Part shown: positions 9,097 to 16,985 of the stretch, one piece after another
Position numbering within the stretch: the stretch's first letter is position 1
How the letters are laid out: each line of letters begins with the position of its first letter
Source: Candidatus Geohabitans tengchongensis
GTDB taxonomy: Bacteria; Sysuimicrobiota; Sysuimicrobiia; Sysuimicrobiales; Humicultoraceae
Direction of reading: 5' to 3'
Assembly: GCA_031459625.1 (NCBI GenBank)
Contig: JAVKIH010000018.1
Coordinates: 1-35,227 of the forward strand
Length of the DNA: 35,227 nucleotides
The notes under the pieces: generated by a model
Database searches by the model: none
Told to the model about the DNA's origin: nothing
Seen by the model: only the letters and a program-made list of their open reading frames with translations
Program-made: the position numbers and the translations under genes

Positions 9097-9165
9097 CGTT
9101 CAGCATTCTAGACCGAAAGGAATGGCAGGCATAGAGCGGGAAGGGTCCTCGGGGAGGCGACGCCG

Positions 9166-9534
9166 ATGCGGATGCTGATGCTGGGGATGGTCCTGGGCAT
9201 GCTGGTGAGCGGGCTGGCGCTGCTCACGCCGATCGTGCTGGCGCAGGGCGTGCCGCCGTTGCAGGAGTTCATCCCCCTCCCCGGCCCCGGTGACCGCACC
9301 CCGGGCACCCGCCCCGGGCAGCCGCAGCCGGGACAGGGCGACTGCCCCATCCTCTTCTACTACAACGGCCAGCTCTACGAACTCCGCCCGGGCCAGGGAC
9401 CCGAGGACGGTCCCGGCCGCCCGGGCAGCCCGCCGGAGTTCTTCTACCTGAACCCGTACCGCGGGCCGGCCATCCCCGGGCTCCCGCAGCCGGGACCGGG
9501 GCCGAACTTCCAGCCGGTCCAGCCGCGCTCCTGA
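9166..9534 (+). CDS. Secreted Pro/Gly-rich hypothetical protein
   Basis: GGGGAGG RBS, hydrophobic signal peptide ending VLA-Q, PG-rich mature part. Confidence 0.7.
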   Translation: MRMLMLGMVLGMLVSGLALLTPIVLAQGVPPLQEFIPLPGPGDRTPGTRPGQPQPGQGDCPILFYYNGQLYELRPGQGPEDGPGRPGSPPEFFYLNPYRGPAIPGLPQPGPGPNFQPVQPRS

Positions 9535-9580
9535 GCGCACCCGCGCCCGCCTCCTGACCGTCCCGGCGCACGCGGCCGGG

Positions 9581-10462
9581 ATGGCGGCCGTCTTCGCGTT
9601 GCTCTCGGCGGCGTTCTTCGCAGGCAACGCCGTCGCCGTCCGCCTGGCCCTGCACGGCTCCACCCCCGAGGTGGTCACGCTCCTCTCCGTGGCCACCAAC
9701 GTCCTGACCCTGTGGACGCTGGCCGCTGTCACCGGCCCGCTCGTGCCGGCCGACCGGGGCGCCGCCCTCATCTTCCTCGCCGCCGGGCTGCTGGCGCCCG
9801 GGCTGGCCCGCCTGGCCATGTACACCGCCATCGGACGCATCGGGATCGCGCCCACGGTGGTGGCCAGCAACACGACGCCGCTCTTCACCGCGGCCGGCGC
9901 GGCCCTGCTCCTCGGGGAGCGGCTGACCGCCGACATCGTGCTCGGGACCGTGGCCGTGGTCCTGGGCGTGGTCCTGACCGCCAGCGCGCCGCCCCTGGGC
10001 CACGGAACGGCCTCTCCACCGGAGGCCCGACCGCGGCGCGGCGGCATAGCCCTCGCCCTCAGCACCGCGGTGCTGGCCGCCGTCTCCTTCCTGCTGCGCA
10101 AGGTGGGGCTGGAGCGCCTGCCGGCCCCGGCGCTCGCGGCGGCGCTGACGCAGACCGGGGCGCTCTTACTGCTGCTGCCCCTGGTCCTGCTGCGCGGGCG
10201 GCGGGAGCGTCCCCGCCTGGCCCGCACGGCCCTCCTCCCGGCGCTGGCTGCGGGGCTGCTCAGCACGGGCGGGTTCCTCACCTACTTCCTCGCCCTCCAC
10301 CAGGGCGAGGTGAGTCGGGTGACGCCGCTCGCCAGCACCACGCCGCTGTTTGCCGTGCTGCTGCTGGGCGTCGGCTACCGTCAGGTCGAGGCGGTGAGCG
10401 CACGCACCGCCGCCGGGGCGGCGCTGACCGTGGCCGGCGTGGTCCTGGTGGTGGCCGGGTAG
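9581..10462 (+). CDS. DMT/EamA family transporter
   Basis: About 10 TM helices in two repeats. TTPLF..LLLGERLT and VSRVTPLASTTPLFAVLL. Confidence 0.88.
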   Translation: MAAVFALLSAAFFAGNAVAVRLALHGSTPEVVTLLSVATNVLTLWTLAAVTGPLVPADRGAALIFLAAGLLAPGLARLAMYTAIGRIGIAPTVVASNTTPLFTAAGAALLLGERLTADIVLGTVAVVLGVVLTASAPPLGHGTASPPEARPRRGGIALALSTAVLAAVSFLLRKVGLERLPAPALAAALTQTGALLLLLPLVLLRGRRERPRLARTALLPALAAGLLSTGGFLTYFLALHQGEVSRVTPLASTTPLFAVLLLGVGYRQVEAVSARTAAGAALTVAGVVLVVAG

Positions 10463-10547
10463 CGGCCCCCACTGTGGAGGGTGGTCAGCCCTGTTAGACT
10501 GGGCGTGATGGTTCATCCAGCTGCAGCCGCAGCGCTGTGTCCCGCCG

Positions 10548-11654
10548 ATGACCCCGGAGCAGCCTGAAGGACGTCCGGCTCGCCGACGCCGCCGCGGTCG
10601 GCGCCGCCGCGGGGCCGCGCAGGCGGCGACTCAGGCCACAGCGGCGGGGGCGCCTGCGCCGGAGCCGGAGCGGGCTGCCGGGACGGGCTCCAGCCCCGAC
10701 GGCAGCGCCGCAGCTGGCGCCGCCCTCCTCCTCCCGCCGGCGCTCTCTGCCGGACCCAGCGCCCCACACCAGGCCGTGCCCCTCCCCGAGGGCAGCCCCC
10801 AGCCCGCACCGTCGGCGGTTGAAGGCGCCCCGGCCCCCGGCGATCTCCGCATCCGCATCCGGGCGGCCATCCTGGACTTCCTGGCGCGCCACCAGGAGAC
10901 CCAGGTCCCCACGCTCCTCGACGCGCTGGCGCGGCAATTCCCGGGCTTCGGCCGGGCCGAGGAGACGGTCGCGCTGGAGGTCCTGCACGAACTGGCCACC
11001 AGCAACATCCTCCTGCCCGCGCTGGACCGCCGGCACCTGGGCTGGCCGTGGGTGCGCGTCACCGAGTACGGTCGGCAGGTGCTGCAGACCGGGCGCCCGG
11101 TCCCCTACGACCCCGACCGGTACCTGGCGGCCGCCCAGCAGCGCCTGCCCACGCTGCCTCCGTTGGTCCTCGACGTCCTGCGCGAGAGCGTAGCCGCCTT
11201 CCACCGGGGGTTGATCCGGGCGAGCGCGCTGCTGCTCGGCGTGGCGTCGGAACTGCTGATGCTGGAGCTGACCGAAGCGTTTTTGGCCACGCTGCCCGAG
11301 GCGGAGCGGCGGTCGCTGTCGGAGTGGTGGGCGGAGAAGAGCCTGTACGCGCGCTACCGCCTCTTCCGGGAGGCCTTCGAGGCCAGGCGGGAGGCGCTGG
11401 CCCTGCCCGACAGCGTCAGCAAGGACATCGACGCCATCCTGGACCTCGTCTTCAACGCGGTACGCCTGCAGCGCAACGAGGCCGGCCACCCCACCGGGGC
11501 GCCCCTCAACCCGGTGCTCATGGCCGCCACGCTCCAGGTCTTCCTGGAGTACGCCGAGCGCATCACCGGGCTCATCGCCTTCCTGCGGCAGACGACAGTC
11601 CGCCCGCCCTCGCGCCGCCGGCGCCGACGCACCCGGTCGTCCCGGGGCGAGTGA
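10548..11654 (+). CDS. Hypothetical protein, winged-helix plus HEPN-like domain, Arg-rich termini
   Basis: WVRVTEYGRQVL (wHTH wing), ESVAAF...ASALLLGVASE, and RNEAGH (Rx4H). Extended -10 TGtTAGACT at 10492-10500. Confidence 0.65.
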   Translation: MTPEQPEGRPARRRRRGRRRRGAAQAATQATAAGAPAPEPERAAGTGSSPDGSAAAGAALLLPPALSAGPSAPHQAVPLPEGSPQPAPSAVEGAPAPGDLRIRIRAAILDFLARHQETQVPTLLDALARQFPGFGRAEETVALEVLHELATSNILLPALDRRHLGWPWVRVTEYGRQVLQTGRPVPYDPDRYLAAAQQRLPTLPPLVLDVLRESVAAFHRGLIRASALLLGVASELLMLELTEAFLATLPEAERRSLSEWWAEKSLYARYRLFREAFEARREALALPDSVSKDIDAILDLVFNAVRLQRNEAGHPTGAPLNPVLMAATLQVFLEYAERITGLIAFLRQTTVRPPSRRRRRRTRSSRGE

Positions 11655-11678
11655 GCCGGCGGCGAGCCGGACCGCGGG

Positions 11679-12188
11679 CTACTCCTCCTCGCTCTCCTCG
11701 TGCGGGTGCCCCTCGCGGGCCAGGAAGTCCTCCACCAGGAGCAGCTGCGGGCCGGCCCGGCGCACCACGCTCAGCAGGCGCTCCATCGTCGAGACCTCCT
11801 CCAGTTGCTCCCGCACGAACCACTGCAGGAACTCCTGCGTCGTGTAGTCCCCTTCCTTGACCGCCTGCGCCAGCAGGCCGTGGATCTGCCGCGTGACCTC
11901 CTGCTCCCACTCCAGGGAGAGGCGCACCGGCTCTTCCGCGCCGCCGAACTCGCCGCGAGCACCGGGCGTGGCGGGCACCTCCACGCGGCCGCCCGCCTCC
12001 ACGACGTAGCGGACGAAGCGCATGGCGTGCTCCCGCTCGTCGTCGGCCTGCTGGAAGAAGAAGCGGGCGAGCCGGGGCAGGTTCTCCGCCTCGAAGTAGG
12101 CCGCGATCGCCACGTACTGGAGCATCGCCCCGAACTCCCGCCCGATCTGCGCGTTGAGGGCGGCGTTCATCTCCCGGCTGATGAGCAT
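11679..12188 (-). CDS. ftn: Non-heme ferritin
   Basis: LNAQIGREF..LQY, FFFQQADDEREHAMRF, EQEVT, FLQWFVREQLEEV. GGAGG RBS and TATAAT at 12234-12229. Confidence 0.92.
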   Translation of the reverse strand: MLISREMNAALNAQIGREFGAMLQYVAIAAYFEAENLPRLARFFFQQADDEREHAMRFVRYVVEAGGRVEVPATPGARGEFGGAEEPVRLSLEWEQEVTRQIHGLLAQAVKEGDYTTQEFLQWFVREQLEEVSTMERLLSVVRRAGPQLLLVEDFLAREGHPHEESEEE

Positions 12189-12250
12189 CGTGGCCTCCAC
12201 CGTGCGACCTGGATCTGTGCCGCGTTCCATTATAGGCGCCGTGGGCACCG

Positions 12251-13426
12251 CTATCGGCGCCACCCCACCGCCCATACCGCCGCCGCCTGCACCCCCACCA
12301 GGGCCAGCCAGGCCGGCGGGTACCCCACGCGCTCGACCAGCCCGCCGAATGCCGGGGAGGCCAGCATCGTGAAGACGTAGAGGACCGTGAAGAGCACCCC
12401 CAGGGTGGCGGCCCGCGCCACGGCGGCGCGCTCGGCCACCGCGGTGAGCGCGAGCCCGTTCCACCCCAGGAACGTGAAGCCCCCGGCAAAGGCGAGCAGT
12501 GCGGCGGCAGCCGGGGAGAGGTGGCCGGACGCCCCCACCGCGGCCAGCGCCGCCGCCGCCCCGCCCCCGGCCAGCGCGGCCAGCGCCAGCGGCCGCCGCC
12601 GGTCGCCGCGGAAGTGCCAGTCGGAGAGCCACCCCCAGGCCAGACGGCCGGCCACGCCGCCCAGGTGCACCAGCAGGAGGAGGCGCGCGGCGGGGGCGAG
12701 CGCCCACCCGAAGCGGTCGACGGCGTACAGCGGCAGGTAGCCGGTCAGGCTGAACTGGCTCACCACCAGCAGGCACGCGGCCGCCGTCGTGGATCGCAGG
12801 ATCGGGTCGCCGGCGAACCGCCGGGCGGTGGCGCCCAGCCCTGTCGCGGGCGGCGGCGCGCCCGTCCCGGCCAGCCCGGGCACGACGAGCCAGGTCACCG
12901 CCGCGGCGACCAGCGCCGCCAGGCCCGAGGCCAGCAGCGCCGTGCGCCATCCCCACGCCTCGGCCAGCCACGGCAGGAGGAGCGCCCCGGCGAAGCCGCC
13001 GAGCGGCAGGCCGGCCTGACGGATCCCCATGGCCACCCCGCGCTCTTCCGCGGGGAACCAGCCCACCACGGCGTGGCTGCCGGTGATCTGGCTGGAGGGG
13101 AACCCCACGCCGGCTGCGGCCATCAGGAGCACCAGGGGAAGGAAACCCGGCGCCGCGGCAGCCAGGCCCACCACCACGCCCGTGGTTGCCGCGCCCAGGG
13201 CCATGACCCGCCGCTCGCCCAGACGGTCTGTGAGCGCGCCCGTGGGAAGGAATGTCAGCAGGGCGCCCAGGTCGAAGGCGGCCAGCAGGACCCCGACCTG
13301 GACCAGCGAGAGGCCGAAGTCGGCGCGGATGAAGCCGACGATGGCCGGGAGCCCGAACCGCACGACGGTCAGCCCGGCCTGGTGGACCGTGGCGGCCGCG
13401 AGCAGCCACCAGCGCGATCGGCTCAG
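12251..13426 (-). CDS. MFS transporter
   Basis: GALTDRLGERRVM (motif A), WFPAEERGVAMGIRQAG, GWLSD, about 12 TM. Start inferred at CTG overlapping the upstream TGA. Confidence 0.88.
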   Translation of the reverse strand: MSRSRWWLLAAATVHQAGLTVVRFGLPAIVGFIRADFGLSLVQVGVLLAAFDLGALLTFLPTGALTDRLGERRVMALGAATTGVVVGLAAAAPGFLPLVLLMAAAGVGFPSSQITGSHAVVGWFPAEERGVAMGIRQAGLPLGGFAGALLLPWLAEAWGWRTALLASGLAALVAAAVTWLVVPGLAGTGAPPPATGLGATARRFAGDPILRSTTAAACLLVVSQFSLTGYLPLYAVDRFGWALAPAARLLLLVHLGGVAGRLAWGWLSDWHFRGDRRRPLALAALAGGGAAAALAAVGASGHLSPAAAALLAFAGGFTFLGWNGLALTAVAERAAVARAATLGVLFTVLYVFTMLASPAFGGLVERVGYPPAWLALVGVQAAAVWAVGWRR

Positions 13427-14184
13427 GGGCGATCTTCCCGCTTCCGCAGGACCGTCAGGCAGAACGGGTCGCGTACGACGATGCGGGCGTCCGGGTCCCG
13501 CCGCAGCTCCCGGATCAGGCGCTCGCGCGTCTGCGGCGGGAGGTGGGCGGCCGTCCACTCCCGACGCAGAAACTCCTCCAGCGCGGCCAGGGAGCGGAAG
13601 ACGGCGGCCAGCATGAACTGCTCCCGCCCTGCGAAGCCGAAGAGCCCCTGCCGGATCACCCGCTCGACCGCCCGCTCGCTTGCGACATAGTCGGCGTGGT
13701 AGTCGCCACGCTCGTGGAGGTGGCCGACAGGGACCGCCCGGCCGGCCACGCGCACTTCGACGGGCAGGTACTTGGTCCGCCGGCCGCCCGGGTCACGGTC
13801 GGGCCGCAGGTCCAGGAGCCAGCCCTCAGGCTGCAGGACCCGGTGCGCCTCTGTCAGGGCATGGACCATGCCCCGGTGGGCGATGCATCAGAGCGACCAC
13901 GAGAAGAGGACGGCGGTGAAGGTGGCATCCGGGAAGGGGAGCGCCTCGGCGCGGCCCACCTCCAGCCGCACCCTGTCCTGCCACCGTCGCAGCCGTGTCC
14001 GGGCCCGGGCGACCTGGTCGGGATCGGGGTCGATACCCACCGCCGACCGGACGAGGGGGGCCAGGCGGCGAGTCAGCCGGCCGTCCCCGCACCCCACGTC
14101 GAGGAGGACGGACCCGCGCAACAGCGCATGCCGGAGGACCGTCCGCACCTCCCGCCGTTCCGGGTCGAGCCGCACGCCGCGCAT
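13423..14184 (-). CDS. Class I SAM-dependent methyltransferase with one in-frame TGA (13890-13888), probable selenocysteine
   Basis: GGAGG RBS, then LLDVGCGDG...GIDPD...AEALPFPDATFTAVLFSWSL*CIAHRGMVHALTEAHRVLQPEGWLL. Track ORFs 13888-14280 and 13423-13869 share a frame and join into one 253-aa domain. Confidence 0.8.
13844..13887 (-). promoter_or_regulatory. Candidate bacterial SECIS element
   Basis: GGGCAUG-GUC-CAUGCCC hairpin (13873-13857) starts 14 nt after the UGA. Lower stem UGC..CGCC/GGCGCA. Confidence 0.6.
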
Positions 14185-14272
14185 GGCGTCACCTCCAGAA
14201 GAGAGTTCGGCTCGGGGAGATGGTGTCCTGTCAGCGCCAGGCTCCTCGCGTGCCCGGGCGCCCCGGGCGGCG

Positions 14273-14288
14273 TGTGACATGGGTCACA
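14273..14288. promoter_or_regulatory. CRP/FNR-family binding site, perfect CRP consensus
   Basis: TGTGA-catggg-TCACA, upstream of extended -10 TGcTAGAGT (14309-14317). Confidence 0.75.
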
Positions 14289-14325
14289 GGGCGCCTGCGG
14301 CCCGGCCCTGCTAGAGTGGAGCCGG

Positions 14326-16575
14326 ATGGACCGCTTCGTGCGCGTCGCCACGCTGGAGGAGTTGCGCGCCGCCGGTCGCCTGGTCGTCCAGGCGGACGGG
14401 TACACGCTGGCCCTGTTCCTGGACGGCGACCAGGTCTTCGCTGTCGACAACCGCTGCCCCCACATGGGCTTTCCGCTCCACCGCGGGACGCTCAAGGACG
14501 GCATCCTCACCTGCCACTGGCACCACGCCCGCTTCGACCTGCACAGCGGCGGGACGTTCGACCGGTGGGCGGACGACGTACGCACCTTCCCCGTGGAGAT
14601 CCGCGACGGCGAGGTGTGGGTGGACGTCACGCCGCGGGGCGACGTGCGCGCCCACCAGCGGGAGCGCCTGTGCGAGGGGCTCGAGTACGACATCCCGCTC
14701 GTCATCGCCAAGGCGGTCGTCACCCTGCTGGAGACGGGCGACGACCCCGACGAGGCCTTCCGCATCGGGCTGGACTTCGGCGTGCGCCACCGCAAGGCGG
14801 GATGGGGGAGCGGCCTCACCATCCTCACCTGCCTGCGCAACCTGCTGCCGGTGCTGGACCGCGAGGACCGGGCGCGGGCCCTCTACCACGGCCTGGCCGC
14901 CGTGGCCGCCGACACCTTCGAGCAGGCGCCCCGCTTCGAGGTGCGGCCCCTGCCCACCCTGGGGGCCAGCCTGCGGGCGCTGAAGCAGTGGTACCGCCGC
15001 TTCATCGAGGTCCGGGACGCCGAGGGCGCGGAGCGGTGCGTCGTCTCGGCGCTGCGCGCCGGCGCCACGCCCGCACAGATGGCCGATCTGCTGCTGGCGG
15101 CCGCCACCGACCACCGCTACCTCAGCGACGGCCACGTCGTCGACTTCACGGTGAAGGCCCTGGAGGCCCTCGACCATGCCGGATGGGCGGGCGCGGAGAT
15201 GGTGCTCACCAGCGTCGTGGGCGCCTGCGCAGGCGCCGAGCGCATGGAGGAGTCGAGCGCCTGGCGCCACCCCGTCGACCTGGTGGCGATCCTGGAGGAG
15301 GCGTTCGAGCGCCTCCCCGATGCCCTGCGGGCCCAGGCGACGGCCGGGGACGGCGCCGTCCCCTGGGAGGGCGGCCCGGCCCTCGTCGATGTCCTCCTGG
15401 GCGAGGACCCGCAGGCGATCGCCGACGCGCTCCTGGCGGCGCTGCGCGAGGGCGCCGCCCCGGAGGCGGTGGCCGCCACGGTGACTTACGCGGCGGCGCT
15501 GCGGTTGGCCCGCTTCCCCACGACCAACGAGTTCACGGACTGGAACACGGCGCTGCACACCTTCTCCTTCGCCAACGCGGTGCAGCAGGCGCTCGGGCGG
15601 GTGCGCTCCCCCGAGCTCGTGCGCGGGGTGTTCGACGCGGCGATGAGCGTCTACCTGGACCGCTTCCTCAACGTGCCGCCGGCGCCCCTCCCCGCCCCGG
15701 CCGAGGGGGAGACGCCCGAAGCCCCCGAGGCGCTGCTGGCGGCGCTACGCGCGGCGCTGGACCGGCAGCAGCAAGTGAACGAGGCCGGGGCCCTGGTGGC
15801 CCGCTACCTCTCCGGGGGCGGCGACCCGGCGCGCTTGCTGGCCACGCTGGGCAGCCTGCTCCTGCGCGAGAACCGCATCTTCCACGCCATCCAGGCGGTG
15901 GAGGCCGCCGTCCGCCAGTTCCAGGCGCTCGGCCCCACGGCGCAGGGCGTGCACACGCTGGTCGCCGCCGCGCGCTTCCTGGCTGCGCACAGTCCCACCA
16001 CCCGGTCGCAGCAGCAGACCTTCCAGATCGCCTACCGCCTCCACCGCGGCGAACGGCTCTACGCCGAGCCCGACCGGGTGCTGCGCACCGTCCTCTTCAT
16101 CGACATCGTCCGCTCCACGGAGGTGGCCGCCGAGCTGGGCGACCGGCGGTGGCGCGACGTCCTGGGCAACTTCCAGGCCCTCGTGCGCAACGAGCTGGGC
16201 CGCTACGGGGGCCGGGCAGTGGACCTGGCCGGCGACGGGGGGCTGGCCACCTTCGACAGCCCGGGCCGGGCCATCCGCTGCGCGCTGGCCATCGCCGCGG
16301 CGGTACGCCGCTGGGGCATCGCGGTGCGGGCCGGGGTCCACACCGGCGAGGTGGAGGTGAGCGGCGACCGGGTCACCGGCATCGCCGTGCACGTGGGCGC
16401 GCGGGCCGCGGCCGCCGCCGCGCCGGGCGAGGTGCTGGTCACCGGCACGGTGCGCGACCTGGTGGCCGGCTCGGACATCCGGTTCGAGGACCGCGGCACC
16501 CACACGCTGCGGGGCGTCCCCGGCACCTGGCACCTCTTCGCCGCCCACGCCGACCACATGGGGCGGCGAGGGTGA
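14326..16575 (+). CDS. Rieske [2Fe-2S] / helical domain / class III adenylate-guanylate cyclase fusion
   Basis: N-terminal NRCPHMGFPL...LTCHWHHARFDL. C-terminal TVLFIDIVRST, AGDGGLATF, RAGVHTGEV, GIAVHVGAR, LRGVPGTWHLF. Confidence 0.88.
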   Translation: MDRFVRVATLEELRAAGRLVVQADGYTLALFLDGDQVFAVDNRCPHMGFPLHRGTLKDGILTCHWHHARFDLHSGGTFDRWADDVRTFPVEIRDGEVWVDVTPRGDVRAHQRERLCEGLEYDIPLVIAKAVVTLLETGDDPDEAFRIGLDFGVRHRKAGWGSGLTILTCLRNLLPVLDREDRARALYHGLAAVAADTFEQAPRFEVRPLPTLGASLRALKQWYRRFIEVRDAEGAERCVVSALRAGATPAQMADLLLAAATDHRYLSDGHVVDFTVKALEALDHAGWAGAEMVLTSVVGACAGAERMEESSAWRHPVDLVAILEEAFERLPDALRAQATAGDGAVPWEGGPALVDVLLGEDPQAIADALLAALREGAAPEAVAATVTYAAALRLARFPTTNEFTDWNTALHTFSFANAVQQALGRVRSPELVRGVFDAAMSVYLDRFLNVPPAPLPAPAEGETPEAPEALLAALRAALDRQQQVNEAGALVARYLSGGGDPARLLATLGSLLLRENRIFHAIQAVEAAVRQFQALGPTAQGVHTLVAAARFLAAHSPTTRSQQQTFQIAYRLHRGERLYAEPDRVLRTVLFIDIVRSTEVAAELGDRRWRDVLGNFQALVRNELGRYGGRAVDLAGDGGLATFDSPGRAIRCALAIAAAVRRWGIAVRAGVHTGEVEVSGDRVTGIAVHVGARAAAAAAPGEVLVTGTVRDLVAGSDIRFEDRGTHTLRGVPGTWHLFAAHADHMGRRG

Positions 16576-16717
16576 CCTCGCCCGCGTGAGTCCGGCCGGC
16601 CGGGTGCTCGGCGGGCCGGGCCTGCACGTCTTCTGGCAGGCCCTGAGGATCTGCGCGTGAGGGCGCATACGCCCGGGCGCGGGGGCGCGGGCTCGTCTGA
16701 CTGCGCCGGGAGCAACA

Positions 16718-16750
16718 CAGGCGGGACGCCGGAGCCCGGCGTCCCGCCTG
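16718..16750. terminator. Hairpin downstream of tRNA-Lys and the cyclase gene
   Basis: CAGGCGGGACGCCGG-agc-CCGGCGTCCCGCCTG, a 15-bp stem. Confidence 0.7.
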
Positions 16751-16755
16751 GATCC

Positions 16756-16831
16756 TGGAGGGCCGTGAGGGACTCGAACCCCCGACGCGCGGGTTAAAAG
16801 CCCGCCGCTCTACCCGCTGAGCTAACGGCCC
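16756..16831 (-). tRNA. tRNA-Lys(TTT)
   Basis: GGGCCGTTAGCTCAGCGGGTAGAGCGGCGGGCTTTTAACCCGCGCGTCGGGGGTTCGAGTCCCTCACGGCCCTCCA, 76 nt with CCA. Confidence 0.96.
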
Positions 16832-16985
16832 CCCTGGTCCACCAAACCATGGTATCCCAACGTTGCCGGTCTCTCAACGCACCGCACTGCCTCAGAATGG
16901 TCCCTCTTTGACCAGCGGGGCAGGCCGTGCAGCGGCCCACCTTCAGCGAAGTCGGCGGCTGCCCGCAGGCCCTGGAGCCCGCGTG

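Noticed and set aside
11679..13409. Apparent 576-aa ferritin fusion
   Set aside because: The N-terminal part is an off-frame reading of the MFS gene. Ferritin has its own RBS, ATG (12188) and TATAAT.
13888..13890. Genome-wide UGA recoding as Trp or Gly
   Set aside because: Many neighbouring genes end at TGA at family-typical lengths, including ATGA/GTGA overlaps.
16756..16831. tRNA-Lys (or tRNA-Ser) as an island integration site
   Set aside because: No duplicated tRNA 3' end or phage-type integrase seen. The tRNA-Lys 3' end faces away from the accessory region.
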